A DNA stretch of 20,000 bases from Folioceros fuciformis (GCA_049999805.1 JBNGIO010006373.1:608207-628206); one strand, 5' to 3'. Counted from the first letter of the stretch, positions 1 through 12,760 are shown. The notes: generated by a model from the sequence alone, not told the origin. A program made the numbers and translations.

Positions 1-675
1 GGGACTGAGCCGTATTTGTGTCTGGATGGGGTTTCTGTACTCAAAAGCAGTAATCCCAAGTTCGCTATATTAAGATTAGAAGACTAGGCATACATATATA
101 CTATATTTAGTCTTGCCATAAAGATTAACCTTGACCGATCCTAATCCCTATATATGTTATTTTAAATTTTTAATATGGATGTACATTAATCCTATAGATT
201 TCCAACATGTGGTTGGGCCCAAAGCAAAGCCCCTTGTTTCTTAACAACTTTGGCCCCAAACCTTAGAAGAAAAGGTGCATTTTTCACGCAAAATGGCTTC
301 CAGCCTCCAACCCAAGTGAAAAAAGTGGCACACATAAATCTTAGTTTTTGAGAAAAATAGATTTAGGAATCCAAAAAATTTGGCTTTAAGGCCCTAGATA
401 AAACTTATTTGCCGAGGTCAGACCTCTCTTCTAGTTAGCACAAAGAATAGGGCAAGAATAATTTAGACGAGGCATCCATTGATCCATCGAGGACTTAACA
501 CAATGTGGTTCAATACAATGGACGTACTATAAAGAGACACTTCTGTATACCACCACATAGAAGGGGCTAGTACCCTTTTGGCCTTTGGCCCTCTTCGGGT
601 TTTTCCCCCAATTTTTGGAGTAGATGGGAATTTCCATCTTTTCTTTAATAATAGAAAATAATCTAATACCATCAT

Positions 676-1087
676 TAACACACGCACAATGATGGCTAGT
701 CTACATGTGGAGCTATCAGGAATGAAGGAACGAAGCCGCCTCCAGCCATAGCCGGACGAGACAGCAAGAACCAACCCAGAAGGTACCTAACGAGATTGCG
801 TAACGAAACAGACACCCAGGCTGAAGACAACTTTTAGACGAACCCTAACTTTGTATCGCTGTTAAGACGAATCGATAAGTAACCCTAGATTAACCAGCCG
901 CTAGATAGGGGATAAATATCTTACTTAGGGAAAACTAACTTTAACGAACAATTAATGGCCCAACAACCCTGGTTGTTGGGCAACAACACCAACTTCTTGG
1001 CATGTCCCCATCTCATGTATAAATACCCGATCACGTAGCAATAAAAAACGTCCTATCTCCACTAAGCTAGCTCGTACGGTCCTAGCA
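676..1087 (+). repeat. 5' LTR (412 bp; TG start mutated to TA, ends in CA)
   Basis: Aligns end to end with 16560-16963, with about 39 substitutions by hand count plus one 8-bp duplication (GGAATGAA). Contains TATAAATA at 1018-1025 and AATAAA at 1040-1045. Confidence 0.95.
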
Positions 1088-1091
1088 TCTG

Positions 1092-1104
1092 TAGTATCAG
1101 AGCC
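1092..1104 (+). promoter_or_regulatory. Primer-binding site for initiator tRNA-Met
   Basis: TAGTATCAGAGCC is one transition from the canonical TGGTATCAGAGC(C) and lies 4 nt after the LTR end. Confidence 0.88.
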
Positions 1105-2283
1105 ACTGTCCAACGATTCCCAGGCCCTAGACCCCGGATCTGGGATCGACGGACAGGATCGCTGAGGCTAGGCTTATCCGTACGACTGGAAGGAGGCTCC
1201 CACGATTCTGGAGCCCCAGGCACAGCGGAGGGGACCAATCCCGACCAAGATCAGGTCGCCAAGGGCTACCAGGCCCGCGCCCTGGTCGATTGTGTGTAGG
1301 GAGGCAGGCGCGACCATTGGCGTTGTCAGGCCAACCGTGCTAGACAGGATCAAAGACGCCAGCGGCTGGGGAAACCTGAGACAACCCACAACCGGACGGT
1401 TAGCGGCATCCTCAAAGAGGACAACACCTGCAATCCACGCGCAGATTAGCCAGCAGCATGAGCGATTACATCTTACCTTCGGAGGTTGACCGTCAAATCT
1501 CTAGTGGTAAAGAAGAAGAGCCCCCACTTGAGGGAATCGGGGACCGGGTGGTCCGCCGACGAGCGCGTCATCTCGCGCACAATTCCCTTGACGGACACCT
1601 CGCTCCCACCCAGGCGCGAGTCAAGGAGCCCACGGAGACAGAAGAGGCGAGGAGGTGACGCCGTGAACTCCTGCACCTTCTCCAAGCCTAGCTGGAGGCA
1701 GAGGTTCAGCCGGCGGAAGGAGCAGCCGAACCTAAGCCTGCAAGTCTGCCTGCCAAGTATTGCTCCGAACCTAGAATACGAAGGCAAGGGCGACCCCATA
1801 AACGGGGTGGAATCAGCCTGAGCGGGCCCCAACAACTTGCATCCACAGGAGGCCAAGACCCACCAGAGGAAGAGTTAGCCAAAGACTTAGCTCTGCGGCA
1901 GCTGGAAGGGAGGACCCATGGGGTGGAGCTGACCTGTGAGGAGTTGTGCAACTCCCTCTCCTACCAAAGCTAGCAACTTGAGAAGGTCGAGGAGTCCATC
2001 ACGAAGCTCGAAGCCCAAGTGGGGGAGGGGCAGGTGTGATTGGGAAGGCAGCTGGAGGGTGTGCTCGAGATGCTGGAGCAGTCATCACTCCCGGGGCCTC
2101 TACCACCCTTACCCTGCCACAAGACATCCAGGCCCACAAAGTCAGCCGAGGGCACGCACCATTTAATCCCCTTGGCACCCCTGGGTTAGGCTTCAGAGGG
2201 TAGGAAGGAAGCAAGGGCCACGCCAACAATTCCTAGCAAACGTGACTTGAGCATAGTAGACGAGGAACTGAAAAAGACTGGTC

Positions 2284-2972
2284 GTGGAACTCTTACATGG
2301 CAAGAAAGACAACAAGGAGCTCAAGGCCATGGTCAGGCGCCTACAACTGATGAGGTATGAGCACTGGGAGAACCAGCGAGGGAAATCCAACAGTGAAGCT
2401 CAAGAGTGTGAGGACTACCAGTTCAAACCCAGGCCCCAGCTGGACAAGGAGCTCCACCGAAAAATCAAGACAACCACCTTTGATGGAGGAGCCAAGGATG
2501 CCCAGAGCGTCCACGACTGGTTAGACAAGATTGATAAGTATCTTGCTGCTTTTGACAAAGATGACGTGTAGAAGATCCAGTTCTGCGTCATGTCATTAGA
2601 GGGGTATGCTTACTAATGGTGGCACCAGCGGGAGAAGCAAGTCGACCTTGGCATGGAGTCCCCAATCTACTCTTGGCCAGCCTTCTGACAAATCTTCCTT
2701 GAACAGTTCCTGCCAGTGAACCACTGCAAGGACCTGTATCAGCAATTCAGGAAGATTTTCCAGCAAGGCACAATCCAAGAGTATTGTGACGAGTTCTTAC
2801 AACTTACACTTCACATGCTCAGGTTGGATGAGGAGCAGAAAATCAAGAAGTTCATAGATGGGTTGAAGTTCGAGATGAGGGCAGACATGAACCAAACAAA
2901 CCCAACAACCCTGGTGGAGGCCATGAAGGCGGCCATCAACTATGGCACCAACAAGTACAAGCATCTCTCCTC
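2284..2972 (+). pseudogene. gag: Gypsy gag, capsid part (5' boundary uncertain, may start further upstream)
   Basis: Frame-1 translation through stops gives TTFDGG..WLDKIDKYL..SLEGYAY*WW..SWPAF*QIFLEQF..QQGTIQEYCDEF..FIDGLK, typical of retrotransposon Gag. It is cut by the LINE at KHLSS. Confidence 0.88.
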
Positions 2973-4270
2973 GACAAGACCCCCCCACCAGGAATGCAGA
3001 CAGGATCCCCTTGGAAAAGACACAGTTCGGGGGGAGTCTGGAGGGTAGGACTGCATGGCAGAGGAATTGCTTGATATGCAAGGCGCACAGCTCACGGCAT
3101 GGCTTCGTCTTCCTAGTGAGGCAGAAGACATGACGATGCAGGAGGGTGACCCGCATAAACGATAGGACCATATTGCAATGGCCAAAGCAAGGAAGGCGTT
3201 GCACAGAATCGTGCAGCGCTTGGCCATGGATATAACCTCTCTGGATGGAAAAAAGAGCAAAGTACTGGATGGGCCAAAAGGTGAGGTTGGGATACTTGGG
3301 AGCACCATCCTTGGTGAGGTGAATGATTCATGGGTAGTGGGAGGCCGCCTTAGGACTGTAGCGGTAGCAGGATCCAGGGAGGAAGAAACCGATGCAGCCA
3401 AGGAGCAGGAAACCGATGTAGCGGGTTTGGAAAACTCCTTGCTCGAATGTGTCAGCCCCATCATCAGAGAGAATGTGGCTTTTGCATCCGAGGACTATCT
3501 GTTCACCTCTCCCTGTGTTGACCACAGAGAGGATAACAATACAGACTGGCATGAGGTGCAAGCCGTATTTTCTGGGGATGAAGAATGTACCTCGCCGCTA
3601 ACCTCCGAAGAGAGGTGTTTGGTCCAGGTCAAGAAGGCGCCGCAAGTGCTTCCTCATTCGGGGCAGGAGGAAACAAGCTTGCTTAGTGGACAGAAGTCTA
3701 GGAAATCAGTTGGTGCAGCAAGGAGGAAAAGTAGGCAATATTTAGTCAATCTTAGGGCTACGAGGAAGGTTCAAGACATCTGCTCTTACTTGGTCATGAT
3801 AGGAGGTGGGGGGGAGCCGCAGCCTCTGATAATTCTAGTCCATCAGTTACACTCAGGGCAGGAGCGGATTTTTGCAACCTTGGCATCCGGAGGGGTTCTT
3901 GCGAGCAAAAACAACAAGGAGGTGGAATTCTTCAGCGGGGTCTACTAGGTGGAGGGTCAGTACTTTGCTGACATTCATTTCAACTAGGACTATGGACCAG
4001 CCATGCCGCTTATCCCATAATGGAGGTGGACCTTGGATGTTCCTTAGGCAAAGGACAGGATAAGGGCAGTAGAGACGGCTGCGGGCGGAATTGTAAAATT
4101 CCCAAGAGTTTATGACAGGTTAAGTATGCCTGCCACCCACAAGTCTGAGAGACTTCAGAGAGAATGTCCCTCGAGCCAAAATCTAATGATCAGATGGTGC
4201 AGTCCACGTACAGATCCGGGGCTAGGATGGTCAAGCCTTCTACCATCCGGAATCTCTCAAGCATACCCCG
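2973..4270 (+). pseudogene. LINE ORF1 remnant (C-terminal part)
   Basis: Lies upstream of ORF2 and contains the 256-aa open stretch 3178-3948. A possible frameshifted zinc knuckle (CLIC...H) sits near 3068-3110. There is no firm motif match. Confidence 0.55.
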
Positions 4271-4294
4271 ATAAATGGGTATTGACATGCTGAA

Positions 4295-7200
4295 ATGAGA
4301 GGGGGACCCACCTGCGGGTTATTTCCTGGAACATCAGAGGTTTGGGAGGATGGTCCAAGACTACTTCGAAGTGTAGACGGCTGAAGCATTTGTTAGACGA
4401 GGAGATCACTTGGGATGTTGTGTGCCTGCAGGAGCATAAGCTCTCAACGGAACATATCCAAAAAGTGAAGAGGATCTTCCTTCCATGTAGAACAGAATGG
4501 GTTGCAGCCCGAGTAGATAATGCAAGAGGAGGTGACTAGTCGGATCAGCATGTGTCAGTGACCCGCGGAGGGGTGTCAATCACAGTGCATCCAGAACAAG
4601 CTCACAACATCTTAGAAGCGGGGCAGGATGAGGATGGAAGATTTGTGTAGCTGGTGTTGCAAACTCTGTAAGGCCCTATTGGAATCTGTAATATTTATGC
4701 GCCCAACGCCACCGCTGAGAGGAGCAGCCTATGGGGTAGGCTGGGGGAGCAGTTGGATGATCAGATTCCGTGGATGCTCGTCGGTGACTTCAACTTTGTT
4801 GAAAGACGTGAAGACATTAGAGGGGATAACCCTTTAAATATCAGGGTGGTGCCTATGTCTTGGTAAGAGTTGAGAGATACGGTCTTGGCCGTGAAGGATC
4901 GTGGTTAGCACTACCAACACATCGACAGCCACAATCCTTGATGTTCAGTTGGTCCAACCAACAACACCAGAGTTTGGGAGCGCACAGGTTGGATAGGTTC
5001 TACATTCCCTTAGGGTGGTTGTCCTCTGTGCAGTCGTACAGTATCCTGGCTGGTACGATACTGTCTGACCACCATCCTATCAGCTTGCACTTGAGGCTCG
5101 CTCCAGATTCTCGACGTCAAAGGAGGCATATGCAAAATTTTTGGATGAACTCTTCCTTGTTGAAGGAAAAAGGTGTTTTTGATGATGTTAAAAACATTTG
5201 GCAGGGAATCGCACAGGGGACAGAGCCTGTGGTGCACAAATTGATGTGTGTTAACAACGAAGCGACTAGGTACTTGAGGAGGTGTGGGGTTCAACGAGCA
5301 AACGAGCAGCGCCAACATGAATGTTTTTTGAGGGAGGAATTAAGCTGGTTACAAAGGATGTGTGATGACCGGGACCTCTCAAAAGACGAAGAGGCTAGGA
5401 AAACTGAGGTGCAATGTGTTCTGGCCAAGCTAGAAGAGGACAGAGCCAGAGGTTGGTCTAAAAGGGCCAAGGCCAAGTGGGTGAGGGTAGGAAACGGCCC
5501 CTCTAAATTCTTCTTCGACAAGGTGGCGGCTAACCGGCATAGGACACGAATCCCTGCCCTCCTTGATGCGCAAGGTATGGTGCAGGACTCACTGAAAGGT
5601 TTGAAAGCCCTCATTACCATTTTCTTTGTGGGAATCTTCTCTAGTGTTGGCAAGATGGTAGGGTGGGAGCAGCTCTGGTCAGCTACCTATGGCTCTCTCT
5701 CAGCTAAGGTGTTTGATACACAGCGCAGGGCGCTGGATATGCCGATAACTACAGATGAGGTGTTTCAGGCCCTTAAGGGGATGCCGAGGAATAAATCCCC
5801 GGGCCATGATGGTATCCCTCATGAGTTCTTACTTTGGGGATGGGAGTTTATGGAACCTCTATTCATGGAGGCGGTGAGCATGATCTAGGAGGATGGTACC
5901 ATGGGAAGTTGGTTTAACATGGGGGTCATCACCCTGCCTCCTAAGCAGGATGCCAATCTGTCTATCTCTAACTGGCGCCCAATCACCTTACTCACAACTA
6001 CATACAAGGTAATCGCCAAGGTACTGGCCAATCGCATCAAGCCTTTCCTTGATGACTAGATTGAGAAGGAGCAGCGAGGATTCATTCAAAATAGGTGCAT
6101 CTTGGACAACCTCCTTCTCCTGCGGGAAGCTAAGTACAATGTTCAGGTATAGGAGAAAGCAGCCGTTTTCATTTCCCTTGACTTTTACAAGGCTTATGAT
6201 TCCATTGAGTAGCACTTCTTGTGGAGATGCTTGCGCAATTTTGGGTTCGGGAACAATTTCTGTAGATGGATAGCCATTTTGTGTGAGGATGCAAGTGCCA
6301 AGGTAGCTGTCTATGGGTCCTTTACAGAGCGCTTTGGCATTTACCGATCAATACGTCAGGGGTGCCCCTTAGCTCCATTGTTATTTATTATTGTCACTGA
6401 CTTCTTCCTCTGAGCAGTAAAGTAAGACCCGACAGTAGAAGGTATTCGGAATCCCGATGGAACACAGCTCAGGGTATTTGCTTTTGCAGATGATACTCTC
6501 CTTTTTTCCTCAGCGAAGGAGGCCTCATTGAATGCTCTACTTAGGCAAGTTCAAGTTTTTGGGGAGCTATTGGGGTGCAAAGTTAACTAGAGCAAGACTC
6601 GCATGATGTGTCTGCATTTGGAAGGGGAGCTTCCTCATTGCATTGGCCACATTAGGCGGGTGTCTTTGGGATCCTCCCACAAGTATGTAGGGCTTCCATT
6701 CCAGGAGGAGGATGAAAATGGTTGGATATATGTGTGTCTCAAGTTCATTCGGAAGACGGAGAGCCTACAGTTGTTGGAGCTTAACCTAGCAAGAAGGTTG
6801 GTGGTGATTAACCATATCCTTACAACCTCTCTATGGTATTATTTGTTTTTGTGGTCCCCCTCCAAGACGGAGGTGAGACGGTTGCAACAGGTGCTGACTT
6901 CCTTCTTGTGGAAGCGTTCGGGGGATACCATGGCCGGGTGTACTAAAGTGGCTTGGCAACACATCATTCAGGAGCGCAGTCTGGGGGGTCTCGGGGTGGT
7001 GGACCTGGTTGCTAAGAGGAAAGTGTTGCATGCTCAATGGGTGGTCAGGGTGGCAAATTTGGCATACTATCCGTGGAAGAGTCTTCTAACGTAGCATCTG
7101 GATGGCACTCAAGCGGTACCTAGGGGAAGGCGGTTGATAAACAACATCCTTGCCGACAAGCCATTGCTTGATATCACAGAGTGCTCCCCACTCTTCAAGT

Positions 7201-8608
7201 CCATCTAGTGCAGTTACCTAGAGGTAAAACATTGCTTTATTCCTGGAAACTTTTCGCATGTTGATGATGTGCTTGGTATTCCTTTGCAAGGATTTGCGAG
7301 GCTATGGGCTCCGGAATTCAGGTCAAGGGTCTATAGGTCACAAATCTTCAGGTTGGCATGTCGAAAAGGGGTTTCCCTGCTTGGTCACTTATGGAACAGA
7401 TCACAGTCCCGGTGGAAGGAGGTGGAGGAGGTCAAGAGGGAGTTTGGGTTGGTAACTCGGCACGTCAGATTCATTTTTTCATGGTTGCGAGAGGGGTTAG
7501 AGGATCAGGTCAACAGGTCTTACAGCGTCCTCCTAGCCCGGGCGCAGAGGGGTGGTATGCGTACTCCATGGACAGTAAGGGAGTTGACTCGAAGGAGGAT
7601 GAACATGAGGATTCCCTAGAATTAGACAGGGCTATCTGGCTTTCAGGTACGGTGGACAAAGAACAGCTACGGACTTTCAAGGTCATGTCGCCTGAAGGAT
7701 TTTTAGAAGATCAGGGTCGGGATAATGGTAAAGGACAAAGAGGGGAGTTGCAGGCTATCACAATACTCTCTAAATCCATTCGAGCAAGGCGTTGGTACAC
7801 TCAGGATGAACTCTCTAATGTGCCACTACCCTCGGACAAGTCTAGGTCCCGATGCTGGTTTCGATTGGCGGAAAATTGGGAACTGACCTTAAGACCAGAC
7901 CTCTACAAATGGCCTAGGTGTCTAGGGTGCAAGGAGGCTAGTGTTCGTTCTTTCTTCAATTTCTCAACGACAGACATATTCCTCTAGATGGTGCGAGCGC
8001 AGAAAATCAAGCAACGACAACTAATGGCTCCAAGGTTGCAACTATTGGTACGGCGACAAAAGGAAGGTATCAAGCTTCTATGGAAGTCTGTAGGTATCCC
8101 TCCCAAGGTGAGGACTACGGTTTGGTGTTTTTTTCAGGCATGTCTACCTAATGCGGATCGATGGGATGGGCTGTTAGTTGCAATGGGAGAGGAGTTGTGT
8201 CAACTGTGCACTTCCGATGCCCCGAACAAAAGTCAGCACATCTTCTTTTGTTGCAGCTTCGCTCAAGAAGTCTGGCGGGAGGTGGGCAGTTGGCTGCGAA
8301 AGATCTTCCCTGGTGCTAATCTTAGGATCAAGTAACAATCAGCCTTATTTGGGCTAGATGCAGCCTCGGGGAAACCTCTACTTCAGACACAATGGTGGGG
8401 CTTATTGTGGTCTTCTTGCCTTTTTTGTCTTTGGGTTAATTGGTCTTCTGTGGTCTATGGAGGACGAGAGCCAACCTCTACTAAGACTTTACTATGGCGT
8501 ATATGGGAGCACTTATTGATTTCAGCAGAAGCATTAAGGCAGTCCCGTTGGAAACAGTTCAAGCGGAAAGAGTGGAGGCAGGCGGGTTTTCTCGATTCGG
8601 GGAATTAG
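4295..8608 (+). pseudogene. LINE ORF2: AP endonuclease, reverse transcriptase and C-terminal Cys/His finger, with many stops and frameshifts
   Basis: APE motifs: VISWNIRGL, CLQEHK, IYAP, GDFN, RLDRFY, SDH. RT motifs: KSPGHDG, WRPITLL, LDFYKAYD, RQGCPLAPLLF, FADD (6483-6494). Finger: CQLC...HIFFCC. Confidence 0.93.
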
Positions 8609-8877
8609 GAGCTTTGGAATCACTCGTGCCCCTGGAGTAGGTGAACCTGTCTGGTCTGTGGAAAATTGGAAGATTAGTCTAAGTGGTCTTAGCAGATTGC
8701 AATTATCATGATGCAGGGGTACGCCTTCTGAGTGTTAAACTTTTGAGCTCGAAGTTGGCTTTCCCCTCTCTCATGGTACTCTCACCCTGTACATACGCAA
8801 GCAGGGAGGTCCCCCTTTGTTTTGTCTGTGGAAGATCATTCCATCAATTTAATCAGAATCCTTTTCTCGAAAAAAAA

Positions 8878-10546
8878 CATCTCTCCTCAATAGCCCCTCC
8901 CAAGCCCTAGTGGAGCAAGTCTGCCAAGGCCACAGAGAAGAAGCCAACCTTCAGCATTCTCATGGAGGAAGAGAAGGAAGACTACAAGAAGGCTAGGAAA
9001 TGCTTCACCTGCTCAGCATCCGGGCATGGCTCGAAATCTTGTCCTTTCAGGAAGGACTTTATAAGGTGGCTGAAGGAGACAGGCAAGTCCACCAGGAGCG
9101 GCACCTCCCCAGCCCCTGTCAAGAGCGGACACGCTATAACCATCATAGAGGTTAGTGAACCCACGCTAACTACTGTCATCCTTGATCCTACATGTAAACC
9201 CGGATCAGTTGCTGCATGCCAGCTAGCTCACGTACCTATCAAGCTCGAGGAATCATTAGCGGGAGTCCGAGCCACAGGGTTGCTTGACTCTGGGGCAAGT
9301 CACCATTATGTGTCAAAGGCAGCTGTAGAAAGAGCTAGCCTGTTAGTCAAGGACACGGGTCAGGTCTCCACAGTGGTCACAGCCCTGGGCGAGAAGGAGA
9401 CAAGTAGGGAGCAGTGAACGGAAGCAGAGCATATCTTCCAGGTGGGTTCAAGGAGGTTCTCAAGCTGACCGTGATGCCCTCGCTTTGCCATGACCTGATC
9501 GTAGGCAAGCCTTGGTTAGCTAGTCACTCGGATTAGCTAGAAGTAGACTGGAAGAACAACGTCGTCCACCTCCTGCAAGGCCACCCAACATACGTCATGC
9601 AGGGGGAGCAATACCTCCCTGACAAGCAATTGTTTGCTGTCTCTGCTCTAAGTAAAGCAACTGCCATGGGCAAATTCCTGTATATAGCAAAGCTCAAGAA
9701 GGTGCTTCCCTTAGAAGGCACTGCGAAGTCTAGGGCCGCAGAAGCAAAGGCTCACGAAGACTAGCTACCACAGTCTATGCAGGACCTGCTTTGGGAGAAT
9801 CAGGACGTGTTTGCTGAACCCATGGAGCTCCCTCCTCGAAGACACGTGGACCATGTCATTGAGCTGCTCCCATGCCACAAACCGGTAAGTATCCAACCCT
9901 ATAGGACGTCAACAATGGAAAATGAAGAGATCAAGAAACATGTTGACGAGTTCCTACAAAAAGGTTTTGTACAACCTTCTGTGTTGCCCTTTGGTGCTCC
10001 AGTCCTCTTAGTTGCCAAGCCAGATGGAGGATGACGCCTATGCATAGTTTATGGGTGGCTCAATTGAGCCACAATGAGGAACGTCTATCAGATGCCAAGG
10101 ATTGATGAGATCCTCGACTAGCTGCATGAAGCCAAGCTGTTCACCAAGATTGATCTCAGATCTAGTTTCCACCAGATCCGAATTAGGTCAGGAGATGAAC
10201 ACAAGACAGCCTTTCGCAATCGACATGGGCATTTCGAATTCAGGGTAATGCCGTTTGGTCTTACCAATGCTCCAGCCACCTTCCAGTGTCTCATGCAGGA
10301 AGTGTTGCGGCCCTTGTTGGGACATGGCGTTGAGGTCTTCCTGGATGACATTCTCATCTACACCCCTGACCCTAAAACACATCTCTAGCTAGTTAGGAAG
10401 GTGCTGGACTTGTTACATGCCAACAAATTGTTAGCTAAGAGAAGCAAGTGCGTCTTCATGAGAGAGATGCGAATACCTGGGCCATGTGATCAGTGCAAAG
10501 GGCATCCACGTTGATGCACGTAAGGTCAGCGCAGTTGTGGAGTGAC
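8878..10546 (+). pseudogene. pol: Gypsy gag C-terminus (zinc knuckle), aspartic protease and RT
   Basis: CFTCSASGHGSKSC (CCHC, 9001-9042), LLDSGASH (DSG 9286-9294), [34 protein letters not shown] (10338-10349) and YLGHVIS. Confidence 0.94.
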
Positions 10547-11162
10547 TCTTACACCCAAGAACCACCAAGGGGCCACATTTCCCTTTATTGTCGTTGCGGT
10601 CTTGTGATTCGCTCCCAAGGGAGTGAACTAGTGTCAAGGTTAACTACACCCCCCTAATCTCACCTTCTCTCTCCGCCGATGCCTAGTGCTACAGCAATAT
10701 GTAAGAATTCCCAGTCCCCTTGCAGCCTTCAAGGCAGAGGCGAGGCCTAGGGCTGGGTAGCCTCCTTGGCTCACGGCCCTGCAACCTCACCTTAGCCAGC
10801 ATGCAAGGAGGTCAACCATTGCGGATCCGGCCATCCGGATCTCGGTAGTCTAGGGATCCACCACATCCCCCTAATGGCAAAGGGGATCAAGCCCTTGGTT
10901 AGTCTCAAACCGGATCAGCCACTTTAATCCGGTAGCCTGCACACAAGGTCAAGGGGAATCACACCGTAAGACTACCCCCTCCTCAATGGTAGGTCTGGCC
11001 TTTTATACTACCTTGGCCCACACCTCTATCTCTGTCTACTAGGGTTAGCCTCAGTCCACCGCCCAACAGCCCAACAGTTTCTCTAACCGAAGCCTCCCCT
11101 AACTTTGACCTAACCTAACTCTAACCTAAATCTAACTCTATCCTAATCCTGACCTTAATTCT

Positions 11163-11266
11163 GACCTAACCTAACCCTGATTCCGACCTAACCTAACCCC
11201 GATTCCGACCTAACCTAACCCCGATTCCGACCTAACCTAACCCCGATTCCGACCTAACCTAACCCC
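11163..11266. repeat. 22-bp tandem repeat GACCTAACCTAACCCCGATTCC, about 4.7 copies
   Basis: Units start at 11163, 11185, 11207, 11229 and 11251. Degenerate CCTAA-rich sequence precedes them from about 11097. Confidence 0.93.
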
Positions 11267-11368
11267 AACCTAAGAGGGGTTGTGTCCCTTGACACCACTG
11301 GGTACCCTTACCAGAATTGACCAACCTCTCAAGACTACCAAAATCGTTAGTGCCTCTCGACACTCCTT

Positions 11369-11462
11369 GCCTCTCTCCGATCCTCTCCTTTCCCTTAGAT
11401 CATATGCAATCCTTAGCCTCTCTCCGATCCTCTCCTTTCCCTTAGATCATATGCAATCCTTA
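11369..11462. repeat. Perfect 47-bp tandem duplication
   Basis: GCCTCTCTCCGATCC...GCAATCCTTA starts at 11369 and at 11416. Confidence 0.92.
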
Positions 11463-11742
11463 GAGACTCCACCTTCCTCCAGTTGTCTACTCCCCATCTT
11501 GCTGGCCAAGGAGCCCATAACCCGGCATAGCTACCCTTCTAGACCCGTGACGAGGTAACCTGGTAAACATGGCACCTGAGGTGGCATTCCCTCAATCCCT
11601 TGTTCCCATAATCATCATCAAGTAGTTCGCAGGTTCCTCAACCTGTCTCAGCTCTGTTTGCACCCATTCTCATGGAGGGCTGCACCCCCGACCATTGTCT
11701 AGGCCCCCGTGGCCTTCTTGCCCAGAGCCAAACACAAGCTGC

Positions 11743-11828
11743 TTTCCATCCACCTTGTAACCATCGTCTGGTAGCAGATGAGGCATTTCCATCCACCTTG
11801 TAACCATCGTCTGGTAGCAGATGAGGCA
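11743..11828. repeat. Perfect 43-bp tandem duplication
   Basis: TTTCCATCCACC...GCAGATGAGGCA starts at 11743 and at 11786. Confidence 0.92.
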
Positions 11829-12760
11829 CACTCCCTCCACTGACTTCCCTTGTCTTCGCTTCTAGTCCCGACAGAAATGTTTCGGTGAGAACTTCTTATT
11901 CAGCGATGGAGACTGCCCACTTGACCTTTGCAATTGCAACCCTTATTGCTATGCCCTCGATCCCATGAGCCTTTGCAAACCGCCGCTACAAGGGGCTCAT
12001 CATTGAAATCAGAGCGCATATGCATGCCTGAAGGGACAGCCATCCCGTTCCCATCTTTTCCAACTATGGGCTCCCAAAAACCAGCTCTACCAATGCCATC
12101 ACTGTAAGAAAACCCATCATGGTATAACCTAGTTCCTACACAGTTTCTCCCATTGGGCCCAGTCCTGTAGGTTGGGGTTTCCTTGCCAACCAAACCAAGC
12201 AGCTCCGACAGGTCTCCCAGCACCTGTGATCGCCTGGACAAAGAGCTAGCCATAACCACCCCATTCAAGAGGAATACGCACCGACGTCAAAACCCTATGG
12301 TTCTTCTCACTATTTGATTCCATAGGCAGAGCAACATGGGAATCTCTAGCCCCTGCCACCTCGAGGTAGTGACCTGCAACCTGTCTGTCCCCATCAATAT
12401 GAGAGTCGTCTTTTGCAATGTGAAGGCGCGAGGGCAGCATGGACGTGTCATGCAAGTTGCCCTTCTCCTTCTGCTTCGCTAGCCAACCCCTTGCCAGCCT
12501 GCCCCCTTGGATCTGGCCAGGTAGCCAACCCGCAGGGTTGCCTGCTGCAACCCCTAGCCAGTCTACCTGATCTCTAGCAGCCGGGCCTAGCCTGGATCTT
12601 GCTCTGGCTGGCCGCCTGCTAATCCAGGCTTCTCAGCTACCGGCCTCCCTGGTCGGCCACCTCCAGCCAGGCTGCCTACTTGGCTTGGCTGCTCCCTAGC
12701 TTGCACGCAGCCCGCAAGCCTGGCTGCCTAGCACCTGCATCCAGCCGTGACCAGCCGGCT

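Larger units (their letters stand above)
2973..8877 (+). mobile_element. L1-clade LINE, probably 5'-truncated, inserted in gag
   Basis: TSD CATCTCTCCTC at 2962-2972 and 8878-8888, A8 tail at 8870-8877, and an APE-RT-zinc finger ORF2. Confidence 0.93.

Noticed and set aside
660..675. Minus-strand PBS-like TGGTATTAGA at the insertion site, suggesting insertion into another LTR element
   Set aside because: Only about 9 of 12 bases match, and I could not identify an LTR or gag to support it.
1105..2283. Short ORFs in the Gypsy leader as an extra gene
   Set aside because: They are fragmented and carry no motif. They are more likely 5' UTR or a decayed low-complexity Gag N-terminus.
2284..10546. 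A novel hybrid element encoding gag plus both LINE and LTR reverse transcriptases
   Set aside because: The TSD and A-tail show an ordinary LINE insertion into gag.
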